The notes beneath the pieces were generated by a model. The model was not told where the DNA came from. It saw only the letters and a program-made list of their open reading frames with translations, and searched no databases. A program made the position numbers and the translations under genes. A DNA stretch of 64,000 bases from Camelus ferus (taxonomy: Eukaryota), in the NCBI RefSeq assembly GCF_009834535.1, contig NC_045714.1, forward strand, positions 27,962,001 through 28,026,000, read 5' to 3'. Of the stretch, positions 36,883 through 50,420 are shown one piece after another. Position 1 is the stretch's first letter. The number at the start of each line of letters is the position of its first letter.

Positions 36883-37067
36883 CAGAAAAGATTACCCTCA
36901 AACTCTTTAAATTTGGAGACTACATATACCCTTAAAATTAGAGATAGGGAGGCAGATCCTGGCATCTGCTTGATTCTACCTGTTCTTGAGGGTGATATTT
37001 CACTGGTCACTTTATTCCCCCCACAAACCAAAATATAATGGTCCTCCTTGCACCAGCAAACCACATT

Positions 37068-37090
37068 CTCTCTCTCTCTCTCTCTCTCTC
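37068..37090. repeat. (CT)n microsatellite
   Basis: Directly visible. Confidence 0.9.
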
Positions 37091-37719
37091 TCCAAGAATT
37101 CTCTGAAGATTTACTAATGAGAGCAGCTGATAAGTCTGCGAATCCCTTGAAAACACGGTAGATAACAAGTGATACATTTTGAAAAGAGAGCCCTACAGCG
37201 AGATGAGCAGCAGGTAACAATTTTTAAAACATTCAAAATCATCTAACATCTTTCTTTCTTCAGTCTCTTTTCTCTTCCCCTCGAGTTCCTTTTCCTTCTT
37301 TCCAAATCCGATTCTGCTCTTCCTCACCTCCAAACATCGCTTGCCTGCTTCTGCCCTTCCCTCCTCACCTCTGCCTCAATATGACAAGAATGAAGCTTCC
37401 GGTTGGTTAGTCCTATAAAAAGTAAGGGTTTAGGATGCCTGTTCCTAATTTAACAAACAGGGGGGCTAAATATTTTTCTTGATGAGAAAAAGACTAAATT
37501 GAATTATTTTTGGTATGTACCCCTTAATTAGCTCTGCCTTTGGGCATTAGCCCTCAACAGGAAATCTATTCTCCACCCTGAATTCCTAAAAGTAATGAAT
37601 CTTCAGGCTAAAATACACCATGTGCCATACATCAGCACCTACTGATAATGTGTGACAGTGTGATTTACCCCCAAATGGGAAGGCTGAAGAAGGAGGAATA
37701 TACCACTCATAACCCAGAA

Positions 37720-37910
37720 CTGTGGTTCTGGGGCAAAATCACCACTATCTTCCTCCCCACCCCCTGGTGTGCAGTGTCCGGAAACACTTAGGGGTTGTCA
37801 CGATTGGGATCTAGTGGGGTAGAGTCCAGGAAAGCTGCTAAACATTCTGTAATACACCGGGCAGCCCACAACAGGGTCATCTGATCCCTGCCGTCATCAG
37901 TGCCCAAGGA
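37720..37910 (+). mobile_element. Degenerate MER20
   Basis: gtggttctggggcaaaatc...ggttgtcacgattgggatctagtggggtagagtccaggaaagctgctaaacattctgtaatacaccgggcagcccacaac. Confidence 0.75.
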
Positions 37911-40379
37911 GAGACACCCTGCTCTAGAAACTGCTACATGGAGCCAGCGCGCTTCTCAGACACTGGAGAGCTGGCAGGGATCTAAGGCCAGCCAGGAGGA
38001 GGGAGAGACAGAGGGACAAAGGGTACAGAGTCGAAGAAGTACTACAAAATGCCCAGCCGGAGCAGAGAGCCGGGGCCACCGCTCATCCTCCCAACTGCCC
38101 AGAGCAATTCAGAAAGGGTCTTCTCGGCCTTGACCTTGCCAGACTGTGTCAATGAGGGCTTTTCTCAGGAAGTTAAAGATTTAATTTGGTAACAAACAAT
38201 TCTATTCCTTGATTCAACACATGGCCAACTGACAGACTATCTCCACGCTATAAAGCATTCTCCTACCACTGCTGACTCTGAAAAAGACCTAAACCAAGGA
38301 ATGGATGAACGAAAAAAATAAATGCAGGCATTCTGAACAGACAACACTTTAGAAATAGACTGTATCATCGCTTTTGTAAAAATCTGAATGATAGTACTGC
38401 CCATTCTTTCATTTGAAAGAGAGTTATCTAACCATTTTTATTTGGGGCAATTTACAGAGGGGTCTTATTTAGCACAGGGGTAGATGGGATAAAACTTAAG
38501 GAGTTTTCTCAGGCATCATTAATACCACAATGAGATCATGACCATTAGAGGTATGTCCTGTGACTATTAAATTCCTAGAAAAATTACACTGATCAACAGA
38601 ACCGTAAATATCAAACTGCTACAACTTAAAAAGATCAACATTATGTGCTTAGATCCTTAATAATCAAGATAGGTATGGTAGCTGGCTTTTATTTGTGACA
38701 CTCTTCAGGTTTTTAAATGCCAAATAGCTACTTAACGGGTCATTTAAAAATCTAAATTTTAAGTGGAGTTATATCAAGGACGTGCTTAAATGCCTCACAA
38801 AACAGCATTTCCGTTCTGGGAACTCCCTACAGGGTCCCTTTAAACAGCAAAGCCCACGTGGTTCACCTGAGGGCTTACCTCCTTCCCAGCTGGGGAGGGA
38901 AGGAGAGGCTGCCAATCAGAGATTGATCAGAAAAGGATAAGCACCAGCAGGACAACAGGAACTGTCTTTGGGTTAAAGCAGAAGCCGCCATACACGGGCA
39001 CCCCCTATTCTGACTGCCCCTTCCCGACAGAGTTAGTTATTTTAATATGGTCTTAAGTTTTCCCATGTAACGTAAACTCGTCTCTAAATTATAAATTGTG
39101 TAAATATGTCACCAAGAAATGTTAAAATGCCCCTATTGAATATGAATTGTTTATCCCAGGCCTATAATGTTCCGTGCCCTAATGCTTCAGAGATATTAGA
39201 TACTAAAATTTTACGAAAACCATATTCCTCGCATTCGCTGCCATCATCAGTGATGCAAATTCTCACATGTGTTAAGCTAATGAAGCAGTCAGACAGGGTT
39301 TCATAGGCGGAGAAAAGGCCGAAAGAAATCTTTCTTGCCAAACAGAAAGTGGCCCAACTGCGGAAAATGATATGGAGAACTAAGGTAGTCCCCACAAGCC
39401 AAAACTGTAAATAAGGTTAGACCCTCACACGGTTCCACGGTCTGAGTATATGTTACAAAATTTTAAGCCAAACATTCATTTCATTATAGGGATTCATGCC
39501 AGCTGGCGAAGTGGAGTTGACCAAAAGTGAAAAATGAGCTTGAGTTTTCCTTCCTTGTAAAAGTCAGGGCATGTGCAGAGGTAGCCCCTTACCAGGAGAG
39601 GGCAATGGTGGCCCGGCGGGCAGGCCTCAGAGCCCTGGCAGTTACCTGCAGTCAAGGTAATTCCTGCCTAGGGAATCAGACCTCAGGGAAACAACCTGCA
39701 GAACTGAGGGCTTCTAAGTCTCACACGTGCGCAGGCTTGTGGCCTTTCCTTTTTCTGGGACGAATTAAGAGGCAGCTGCAAGACCAGCCCAGTCCAGTGT
39801 TTCCACGTGGTGACTTGGAGGTCCTGCTCACTGGAGCCCAACCAACGCATTTTAAAATTACCAGCTCTCCCTGGTCACGCCAGCCGTGGAACACTTCACA
39901 TTCCAAAAACAAGAGGGTGCTTTAAAGGTCTTTGAATGGAGGAGAATATTATGTAAACAGTACATCAGAAGTCTCTATATTATAGAGGCCGTAAGAGCCG
40001 TTTTAAATACAGCTTAAGTTCACTTGCAGTACCTTGGCTTTTCAGATGCCTTGGTGGACTGTCAATTCTGCTCTGCGCTCCCTCGCTGGTGTTTCCCAGT
40101 TCATCTTCCCAAGTGATGCTTTTCCAGCTCTGCATCTTTGAGCTTTTCCAAACAAAGCATTTTCCAACCTCCTCTCCCCAACAAACCATTCACTCTGCTG
40201 GGCAGGCTCACTCAACATTTGCTTTTTATAAAGCCAAGGATTTGTTTTCGGTGAATAAAATTTGGGGCATAAGTGAGGAGTGGATGGGGTAGCTGGAACA
40301 GAGGTGGGGCGTGAGTACGGTACCTTACTCTCTCCTCGTCTGGGAATTCACAAACCTCAGGATAAATCCTCTCCAGTTC

Positions 40380-41400
40380 ATACCTTGACTTCTCAACCTG
40401 TCCCAAGCTGCACATTCTCCCCAGACCCATTCTTTCTCACTGTTCTGGCTCAGCCAGCAGCCCCCAAACCTGTCCAGCTCTGAGACTTTGACAGTGACCC
40501 TTCCTCAGCAGCCACACGCACCCCATCGCCACATCCTGTGTTCCACCACCCTCTCCTGCCTGGCCCTTAACTGCGACAGTCCCATGATCTCCTCAGTCCA
40601 GTCACTTTCCATCAGTTACCAGCCTGTGGCCAGAGCGATCAGTCTTGTCCACCTCCACCCTCGCACCCAGGCTACAATCCTCCCTGGGGGCCTGGCACTG
40701 CTCTCAAAGAGAAGGCTAGATGCCCTAAGGTGGCCTGCAAGAGGCTGACCATATACCCTAGTTTGCCTGGGTCAGTCGCACTTTACGGCCTACTGTTCAA
40801 ACATAATTATTCATAGCAGCCCCCTTTCCTCTAACAGGTGTCCCCATTTTCACAATAACCCAGATTTCACAATAACCTTGAACTACAAGCCTCTGGGAGG
40901 TCTGGCCCCTGCCAGCTTCTCCAGCCCCATGTCACCCCACTGTCCTGTGCACTCTCTGATGGCTTTGGTTTTTTCACTTAATTCTCTTTGTTGACTGTAC
41001 ACCAGATCGTATCTCCAGGAGCTGCACACAGAGCAGGGAACAGAACGGAAAGGATTGCGGCCCCACCCTGCCTGCACCCACCTCCCCCTGGGCTCACACC
41101 GGCAGTCCTTCAGCCCTGGCTCAAGGCCTCTTCCTCGGGAAAACCTTCTGAGGACTCCAGCCCAGGGCGTCCCACCCTTTACTCCGCCAGCAGCGTCACG
41201 TGCCTCCCTTGGAAACAATGGTTCAAGACTGCAATTTTTCCTGCTTCCATGTGATTGATCTGACTGCCAGATTCTTCCAAGAGATGATGAGGTCTGCGTC
41301 TATTTTTGCTAGTTATGGAAGCCCTGATGCTGAGCAGTGCCTGGCTCACAGAAGGCATTCAATGAGTGTCCTACAGGAGGGAAGGAAAGGATCGGGGATC
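40380..41400 (+). mobile_element. L2 LINE 3' region, interrupted by MER81
   Basis: ccagtcactttccatcagttaccagcctgt, ctcaaggcctcttcctcgggaaaaccttctga, gagcagtgcctggctcacagaaggcattcaatgagtg. Confidence 0.8.
40744..40860. mobile_element. MER81 (hAT-Blackjack)
   Basis: ggctgaccatataccctagtttgcctgggtcagtcgcactttacggcctactgttcaaacataattattcatagcagccccctttc; 13-bp duplication tttcacaataacc at the right junction (40848-40860 and 40865-40877). Confidence 0.75.
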
Positions 41401-42367
41401 CAACTGCTCCTCAACTTGGGGCCAGATCTCCTCCCTGGGGCCGAGCGTAGCTCTGATGGTGCCTAGAGGCTTATAAATCCTCTTGTGACCTCAGCTTCCG
41501 GCCCTGCTCACCCCAAGCCCCTAGGCTCCAGCCTGGTCCGAGGGGGCTCTGGCAGGGAGCAGAAGCCCCCCACCCCCTCCATCACCGTCCCCTTCCTCCG
41601 CTGAGGTGCAGGTGCTCTGCACAGACTCCCACACCCAGCAGAGGGCGGGAGGGAGGTCTGCCTTGCAAACCTCAACCAAAGGAAAAAAGGGAGGCAAGGT
41701 GAAAAATCAGACAAGATAGAATTATAGGTGAAAATCTTTCAAAGAAACTGAGATGTTTCATAGAAACGGATCAAAGCATCCAGGAGACACAAGTCATGAG
41801 GCTTCACACACCGGACAGCCTTCTTCTCCCCACTGGAGGGATCTCTCTCTAATTTCTCTCCATTTCAGAGTACATCTCTGCTTCACTTGCACAAACATGA
41901 AGCTCATTGGAGCAGTTTTCCCAAAGAGGTTTTGAAATATTGAAGTTTCCCTCTTGTGACAGAAAAACACTGGCTGTGGTTTATAAAAGTCCATTTTTTT
42001 TTTCTTCAGCTTCTACCCATTATAGATTAAAATCTGAGTCTAAATTTCACCTTTGGCACACTCACCTCTCTGGGGTTGGGGGTAGGGGTACTAAAATGAT
42101 GAGAAATTCTATTCAAGACACCAGCTCTTTTCACCACAATATCCCACGGGGCGGGGGGGAGGGGGGAGGGGAGGACCCAAGTCTGGTTGTGATTTAGGTA
42201 ACAGCCACACTGATGACACCCCGAAGCACGTGCCCCACCACATCCCAGCCGTGAAGGGGAGCCAGCAGGTGAGGACGCCACAGTCACACCCTCCGCAGGA
42301 GGACCCCCTCCTCCCTTGCATCACCTTCCAGACAGAGGAGCATCAGATGCACCAGCCCAGTGAGAAT

Positions 42368-42925
42368 GAATTTTTTTTTAATTGAAGTATAGTTGACTCA
42401 CAATGTTGTGTTTCTGGTTTACAGCACAGTGATTCAGTTATATACACATCTATTCTTTCTCATATTTTTTTCCTTTATAGGTTATTACAAGATATTGATT
42501 ACAGTTCCCTGTGCTATACAGTAGGACCTTGTGGTTTATCTATTTTGTATACAGTAGTGTGTATCTGCAAATCCCAAACTCCTAATTTATCCCTCCCCAC
42601 CTCCTTTCCCTTTTGGTAACCATAAATTAGTTTTCTACATCTGTGGTCTGTTTCTGTTTTGTAAAAAAGTTCATTTGTATCATTTTTTAGAGCCCACATA
42701 TAAGTGATATCATATGATATGTGTCTTTCTCTGTCTGACTTTAGTTGTTATGATAATCTCTAGGTCCATCCATGTTGCTGCAAATGGCATTATTTCAATT
42801 CTTTTTTATGGCTGAGTCATATTCCACTGTATATAACTACCACAATTTCTTTATCCAGCCATCTGTTGATGGATGTTTAGGTTGCTTCCATGTCTTAGCT
42901 ATTGAAAATAGTGCTACTATGAACA
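42368..42925 (-). mobile_element. Cetartiodactyl-type L1 3' end
   Basis: tttttaattgaagtatagttgact...ttccctgtgctatacagtaggaccttg...ctaggtccatccatgttgctgcaaatggcattatttc...ggttgcttccatgtcttagctattg. Confidence 0.95.
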
Positions 42926-43419
42926 TTTTTATCATGCTAAATATAGAAAGAAATCTTAATATTTTCCCCACAGCAAGGTGGGCCATTTAACTTCCCCCTA
43001 CCCCAACCTTGTCTCATGCACCTGTAACTCTGGAGATCATACAGTCAACTGGGGAAACATCTGGATGACTTGGATGAGACCAGAGTGCAGGCACAGCCCC
43101 ACCAGCAAACGCAAACCCAACAACGCCAGGGACGCACCTGCTAAATCTCAGCGTGAGAATGAAATGGACAGTGACAGAGGATAAAAGCCATAAGAAAGTT
43201 AAAGTTCTCCTGAGGATCCAATGGAACAGACAGCACACAAATGCAGACAAAACTCCACAGACCTGCTCATCTAAGACGCCACATTCGTCTCTGTCTGGAT
43301 GCCTTTGCATCTCTGTTCTCTCTGCTACAACTCGCTTCTGCCAGATCCCTGGGGAGGCACCTCCCTCTTTCTTCGTGGAGACCTACTGGATGCTGTTCCC
43401 TCGGGGAGGCCTCTGACCA

Positions 43420-43670
43420 GCCTACTTAAACCGGAACCACCACTAGTCACGTGCCATCAAACCACCATCCTTTACTCTCTTCACCACTCTCCTCAGTATC
43501 TGAAATTATCTTGTTTCTTTCCTTGTGCGGCATCTGTCTTCCCCCTGACTACATCATCACCTCCATGAGACCAGGCACCTTGCTGGTCTTCCTCAAAATG
43601 GTGCCTCCACGCCTGAGAACCATTCCCAGTACTTGGGAAGCAAGCAATAAATATTTAATGAATTAACAAA
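43420..43670 (+). mobile_element. L2 3' end
   Basis: ctccatgagaccaggcaccttgctggtcttc...cagtacttgggaagcaagcaataaatatttaatgaat. Confidence 0.7.
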
Positions 43671-46600
43671 ATGTTTAAAAACGACAAGAGAAACCCCAGA
43701 GTTGGGGAAGACTGAATCCACTTCTCTTGGCTCACACTGGATCAAGGAGGCAAAAATAAATAAGACCAAAAAGGACATATAAAATATAATGTAGATCTGC
43801 GAGATAGATACAGGTATATATAGATCTATTTCTCAAACCGATAGAATGAAAGCAGAGAATACATCATCTTTTCAAATGTTTACACAATAGCCTCTGTATC
43901 TGTCAGTCTAAAATTCCAGTTTCCCAAGAATATCTTCCCTGCAGGCAGGAGGTGAGTGTGAGGGTCTGATCCCATGGCAATATAAAGCAGCTAGAAGTGA
44001 GGGTGGTCCCAGAAAAGGGGTCAGAGCCACAGGCTGGGCCACTGCCCTATATCCGTCCACTCAACCCCTCCACCCTAGTGTCACATTGCTCAGTGGGCTC
44101 TCCATCCCCACGTTCAGTCTAACAGGGAGACACACTCTGACCTAGTTAGCCAGGAATAAACCTAAATATGTGTTTAAAGCTGAGGACTCCACAAATATAT
44201 GTTCTTTAAGCCACTGATGTACCCACTTTAAGAAACATCTCATCAAGTAATATGATAAACTGTGTTAATCAGGGCTCTGCTGTTTACACTGTTATGTAGA
44301 ACCCAGCTGCAACGCTGGTTCTTTTGAAAAGTATCAGTAATTGTTCTTTATTTTCTAGCTTTGGGTCACCGTAGGAACAACTCCCCCCTCCCCTTAAAAA
44401 ATTTGTTTCAAGACCAAAATTAATTCTTTTCTTTTTATAATCAAACCAGTTTTTGAAGCAAGATGGAAAAAGGCTCACAGCCTCTACACCAAACCCTTAT
44501 TATGCTCATGCCATAAATAATTTATAGCAAGATGGTTTCTTCTCAGCGGCAGGCTCAAATTCCCATTTTAATCAAAACTGATTTTGAAATCTATTTCTCA
44601 ATTTACATGTGGTCAGGGAGCTTCTCACCATGTGAGCTCTCAGGCTCCTTCGTGGAAATGGGCACTCTTCCCAAACTCCTAAAACTCCGAGACGTTATTA
44701 ACCGCTGGTAATCATTTTCTTCTCCTCTCCGACGCTTCTGACTTCATCAAAGGTTCGTGTCATGGTGGCAGCTTCAGACAAAAATCAAAAGCTCAAAGCC
44801 ACAAAACACCCGCGGTAGTGTGTTCACTGACATTTCCAAGTGTGTAAGCAGACCTCACAAAGTAAAAAACTCAGAGATTCACTGAATCATCTAAACACAC
44901 AAACTCATACCAGAAACATGAAGACAGTAAAGGAAAGTGCCCACCACTGTAGTACTGTGCTTCAGATCTCTAAAGCCACGTCTCCAAGACTGTATGCACT
45001 GCCTCACTCTGGGGCAAGTAACATAGGAGAGTCTTTCTATGCTATTTTTGTTTTCAAAAGCAGTCTATTCATCCCCCTGCAAAGCTTTTGGACTTTTTTT
45101 TTTTTTTAAATCTTTACAAAGTGGCTTCACTTACATTAAATATTAAGTAGGTGGAGTGTCAGCCTGTTCCTGACAGTCTCCCCGGTACGGCTTCTCAGCA
45201 CCTCCGATGTGCTCGGGTCTGTGGCTGCCCACTGGCTGGGCAGGCACGGCTGCAGCAGAGAATCAGCACCTTCCCCAGCCCGCTCTGCCAGCTAACTCCC
45301 GACTCCCGCTCCATCGGTGAAAGCTCTGTGGGCTGCACACAGTCTTGAACTTCTCCACTAGTGGAGAAATAAAACAACTGCCCAAATGAGTCTTTTCTGA
45401 GGGCAGAGACTCAAAACTCATGAAATTCCCCTGGCTCAAGAATACTGCTAATGTCGGCTTCAGTTAGTTTATGTCCAGGTGGACCAGAATTGAAAAGAAC
45501 ATTTTACACGGCAGCCATCATGGGGAAGGGTCTTTGAATTTTCAATGACTTTGGTTCCTTCTTTCTTAGTGATATAAAATTCTAACAAAACTAGGATTAA
45601 AAAAAAAAGAATGTGAGTGATCAGGATCACTTTTCAACAAACAAAGCCATTTAATTTTTTCTTCTTGTTCCACAGCTGAAGAGCAAAACATGATCTAATC
45701 ATAAAATTAAATATCTCTTACTAACATGACAGGGAAATTACATTCACCTACCCCTCCTAAAACTGGGCTTTTAATGAGGTTAAAGCAGTGGAAAAATCTG
45801 AATCTACTTTTTGTTAGATACCATTTTAAACTATTATTACAAAGCACATAGACTCAGAAATCCATCCAAACAAATCACTAATGTATTATCAGGTATCTTC
45901 CTTGCACAGCTCAAAATGAAATAATAGATAGCGCCGTGTCTGTAAGTCATGTAACAGAAAGGAAAGCTCCAGGCACCTCTAACAGCCTCACTTTTCAGCA
46001 GGGTTGCATTTGGCCACACAGTTTAAGGGTGTCCAGATGTTTGCATCTAGATTTAGAAGGTAAATCCCAAATTGCAAAAACATCTAACATGGCCAGACAA
46101 ACATGTGAAGGCCAGGGCAACAGAACCAGTGGGGCAAACACTGGCCAGCCACAACAGTCAGCCTGGGTCATCACAGGACTCCAAAGGTTTTCTCTTCTGG
46201 GTCTTCAGACTGAGGCTGAGGAGTGTAGGTCCTCCTCCCTTGTCCTGAAATGTTAAGGAGGCAGGGCTTACTCTAATGACCTAGTCTGGTACAAGAATGC
46301 AAGATCTCGGGAGTTTTAAAAGAAAAGAACAACCCACAAATACAGTAAGGCCAATGAAGTTTAAGTCTACATGAGCCTCGTGACCCTCCCAGGTGACCTA
46401 GTAAAATTATTTTCCACTTCATAAATGTTAGTTGGTCCTTTTGTAATTACTCACGAGCATCAGATGAAGGAGATGGGGAAAGAAGGGCAAGAGGATGAGG
46501 GGCAACGGAAGGTGCAACTCCCACCGGAATGATTCACTCTCACCAGGAAAATCAGTCACATTTCATAAACAATGATGTTTATCAAACTAACGTTAGGTTC

Positions 46601-47105
46601 TCCTGAAGGGTCCAGTTCTTGTCATAAGCACAAAGCTTTTAAAGATTGCTCTGATACTCCTTTGTTTTGATATCATTTCAAACTTCAGAAAAGTTGTGAG
46701 AGTAGTACAAAGTTGAAAAAAATTTCCTAATAGCACATTTTGAATCATCTTTTGAGAACTTAAAACTAGGTTTTTAATTGGCTTTGGAAATTAAAAATAA
46801 AATCAGTTCTACTCTTTCCTGGTAAAAGGCTACACAATATTCATAAGGATCAATCGCTTGGGGAAGGTAGAAGCGCCAGGTCTGTGGCTATTTTTTTTTT
46901 TTTTTTATTGGCACATGCAAGACAGAGGGTGACATTTGCGACCCATTCTCCCAGGAGTGCACAGATAAGGCAGGCTGGGGGTTTGGTGCAATTACACAGG
47001 CACCAGCTGTCCTCCCACCCTTTTCTTTCCCAAATGAAAATGCAGGATGGAACGCAAATGAAAAGGAGCAATTATAGTAATGGATAACCTTAAATGCGTG
47101 TCAGT

Positions 47106-47145
47106 CTTTTTTTTTTTTTTTTTTTTTGAGTGTGTGTGTGTGTCT
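47106..47145. repeat. Poly-T followed by (GT)n
   Basis: Directly visible. Confidence 0.9.
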
Positions 47146-47987
47146 TTTTTTCCTCCTGCAGCAAAGAAATCACTGCCAAACTTCGGTCCTTGATCTGTGC
47201 TAAAACTTACTTTACACACTGCACTGTTAAGAAACCCTGGATTAAAACCTCGAATGCAGGTGATAATTTTAGGTTTGTAAGTTATTCTTCCTTATTGCCT
47301 GAGTCCAAGAGAGCCTTAGAAGAATAACCTAAATAGTGGAAGTGTAATCAAGTACTCAAAACAAATGAAAGCAATACAGTATTTCCAAAGGCTGAAGAGG
47401 CTCTCCTATTTGCTTTGCACCTTATAAAAACATCTTTCTTGGGAACAGAATGGAGTACATTTTTAGGGCAAGAAGTAAAGTGGCTTGTATTAAATAAACT
47501 GAGAGGATTTTTTAGAGAGTTCATTGCCTGGGTTCACTAAAGCGTTTGTATTTATATCATAAAGCCACGTTGCAAACTTAAAGTCTGCTCAGAACACCTT
47601 TGGTTGGTAAAGCATGAAATTAGTCCTTTGACTTGTCCTCTCTGCACCTTCTACATGTGTCTAAAGTATTTGCTAGAGTTCCTCTTTGGATTTCTAGCTC
47701 TTTATTTGTATTGTTACTAAAAAATGTGTTCAAATAACAGATGAGCATTGTTGGGGAAAGCTGGCCTTTCCTGCAACACCGGGGGCTACTGAAGGAAAGA
47801 ATTTTGTCTGTGTTGGCTTTTATAAATTCAGGACCCAGCACAGGGCCTGGTTCATGGTTTGTTTCCCTGTTAAGTGAATGGATGAGCCTGCAAAATACTG
47901 ACTGATGTGTTATCACCATGACCAAAGAACACTGTATCTTTTGATTATTGGAAGAGACCACATATCTCAAAGGATCCCTTGCTTTAG

Positions 47988-48380
47988 AGGCCAAGAGGGT
48001 TGAATGGTGGTCCCCACTGTGCATGTACTAATTGCCAGGACCTGTGAATGTTACCCTGTTTAGAAAACAGAAATTATTGAGGATCTTGAGATGATGAGAT
48101 CTTCCCGGATTATCTGAATTGGCCCTAATACAATCATAAATGTCCTTATAAAAGAAACACAGGAGAATACAGCCACACCGATGAGAAGGTGACATAAAGA
48201 CAAAGCAGAAGGATGTGGCCACAAGTCCAGGAAGTGGCCCCCACCAGAAGCTGGTAGAGGCAAGGACCAGACTCTCCCCGAAAGCCTCCAGAGGGAGCAT
48301 GGCCCTGCCAACTCAGGCTTGATTTCAGACTTCTGGCTTTCAGAACTGTGATAGCATAAACAGTGGTCTACTAAAAACAT
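47988..48380 (+). mobile_element. MLT1C/D-like (ERVL-MaLR) solo LTR
   Basis: ggacctgtgaatgttacc...ggatcttgagatgatgagatcttcccggattatc...ccagaagctggtagaggcaagga...gcctccagagggagcatggccctgcca...cttgatttcagacttctggctttcagaactgtga. Confidence 0.9.
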
Positions 48381-49329
48381 CTCAGAAGATCAAAACTAAT
48401 TTGGTGAAAACAACCCCTGAATGGCAATCTTGATGATATATTTTAGACAGATAGCCCTTGTTAGTCTCTTACTATTTCTGAAGTTACAACACTGAACTTA
48501 GCTGCAAGTTACCTGCAACACTGAAATTATCTTATTTGGGGAAACGTTATTAACTGCATTTGTTAGTGAATTATACCCTAGCTCATTCCAAAAAGGATCA
48601 AGGCAGTAGACAAACCCAAACCCAACCATGGCTATACACTTGCTAGAAAACTGTCATTTCATGCTTTGCTAAACAAAAGAAGAAATGTTGTCTCAACTGT
48701 AATTTTTATTACCTGAATAGACATCTAGTTTGATGACCAGACTATTTTTACCAGGTAGAAAACTGGAAAAGAGCCCTCCAGGCTAAGGGAATAGCATGGA
48801 CAAATGCAGAGATGTGAAAGTACATGGTGATGTTGAATCCTGCAGGAGGGTACGGTGGGGAAGATGAGGCCTTAAATGTAGGCAAGAACAAAGTGGAGCA
48901 GCCAGCAGGCCTGGCAAGGAGTTGGGGAGAGGATGTCAATGAACAGCAAGACCCTTTGTACACTCAGCTCCAGGAATGCTGGCAGTGGGGCATTTACTAC
49001 AAGACCCATGCATCCTTGCCCTCTCATCCGCATTCCTTCCACAGGAAGTTTTCAGAAATGTGGTGCACCAAACAAAAAAATCAACCAAGAAAGTGCAAAG
49101 AGTAACAAGAAAGAGAGGAGCTAACATAGGAGAGGGGTGAAGATAAATCAGGTACATCGAGGACCATGCCTGTGTACCGAGCTCTACATGCCGCCAGTCC
49201 AGAGAAAGCAGCAGGGTGACAATGGCAGGGAGAGACAAAGACACACACTGACACATCACCTAGCAGAGTAGATTGTGGGAAAACACTCTTTGGAAGGATT
49301 TTATAGTTCATTTGGATAACTGTGGAGAA

Positions 49330-49800
49330 AAACAGTGACATAGAACCAAAGAACACTATAATGACAAAAAATAAGAAGCAATTCTAAACTCCAGGAAAAA
49401 CCAACCATCACAAGAAAATATTCATGGACTACAGTTTGGCACCACAACGAAAATACGTGTATAGTTATAATAATATAAACACTAAAGACAGATTTACATA
49501 AACCCTGTGATACAACTATGGAGAACACCAAGCGGGGAAGTTTCCACGTGGTTAGGTGGAAGCAGGAGGTATGAGCGTGCTAATTCCCGCCTACAGAAGA
49601 TAATGTCAAAATCTGGAAAATTAAGATATTTCAATATAAACAGCTAAAAAGAAAGATCTTCTGGGGTATAGGATTTAGGGATGAGGAGAAATAGGAAGGG
49701 GGACAGGGGCCTGCAAGTTTTCATTAAAACCCTGTAGTACTGCTATTTGATATTTGAAAGTATATACATATATGAAATGACAAAAACTGTCCACTATAAA
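49330..49800 (+). mobile_element. Ancient L1 (L1MC/ME-like) 3' UTR fragment
   Basis: ttctaaactccaggaaaaac...gtgtatagttataataatataaacact...ttttcattaaaaccctgtagtactgctatttgat. Confidence 0.6.
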
Positions 49801-50284
49801 GAAACAACGTTGGAAAGAAAGAAAAAAGCAAAGTGGACAAGACTGTAAAGATTTTTTAGTTTTCTTTCTTTTTATTTTAAATAATGTGCTAAGGACTTTT
49901 TATCATATAGGATAAATGTGTACAAACACACACACAGATAAATAACAAAGAACACCCTGGCTCCAAAAGGGAATATTAGTGCAGAAGGAGAAACTGAAGG
50001 CATTAAACTAGTTAAGTGGCTGCTAAAGTCTGGCGACCGAAGACAATGGCCTGAACACGACAGTGGCGTTGGAAATGAAGCAAGGAGAAGGGAGAGAAAC
50101 AAGCAAGTGTAACAGGGTAGAAGATACGATTTCTGGACGCACTGAGTTTCAGAAGTTTAATGGAGAGGCTTCAGCTGAGAATTTAGGCTAGATATATCCA
50201 CCTGAGGTCATCAGTGTTTAGGTAATGACAGAAGCTAGGGACACGACACAGAATGAGATAAGATGAGGGTTTGGGGCAAAATGT

Positions 50285-50420
50285 TCACCTAATCTTCACC
50301 AGAAGCTTCAAATATGGGCAAGCACAGATCACTATCCCCATTTTTGAGAGCTGTAAACTGAGGCTTTGAAAAGGTAAGATCAACAGTGAATAACTGGTGG
50401 ATCCCCAGTTCTTCTTGACA
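50285..50420 (-). mobile_element. MIR
   Basis: cactatccccatttttgagagctgtaaactgaggctttgaaaaggtaagatcaacag. Confidence 0.65.
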
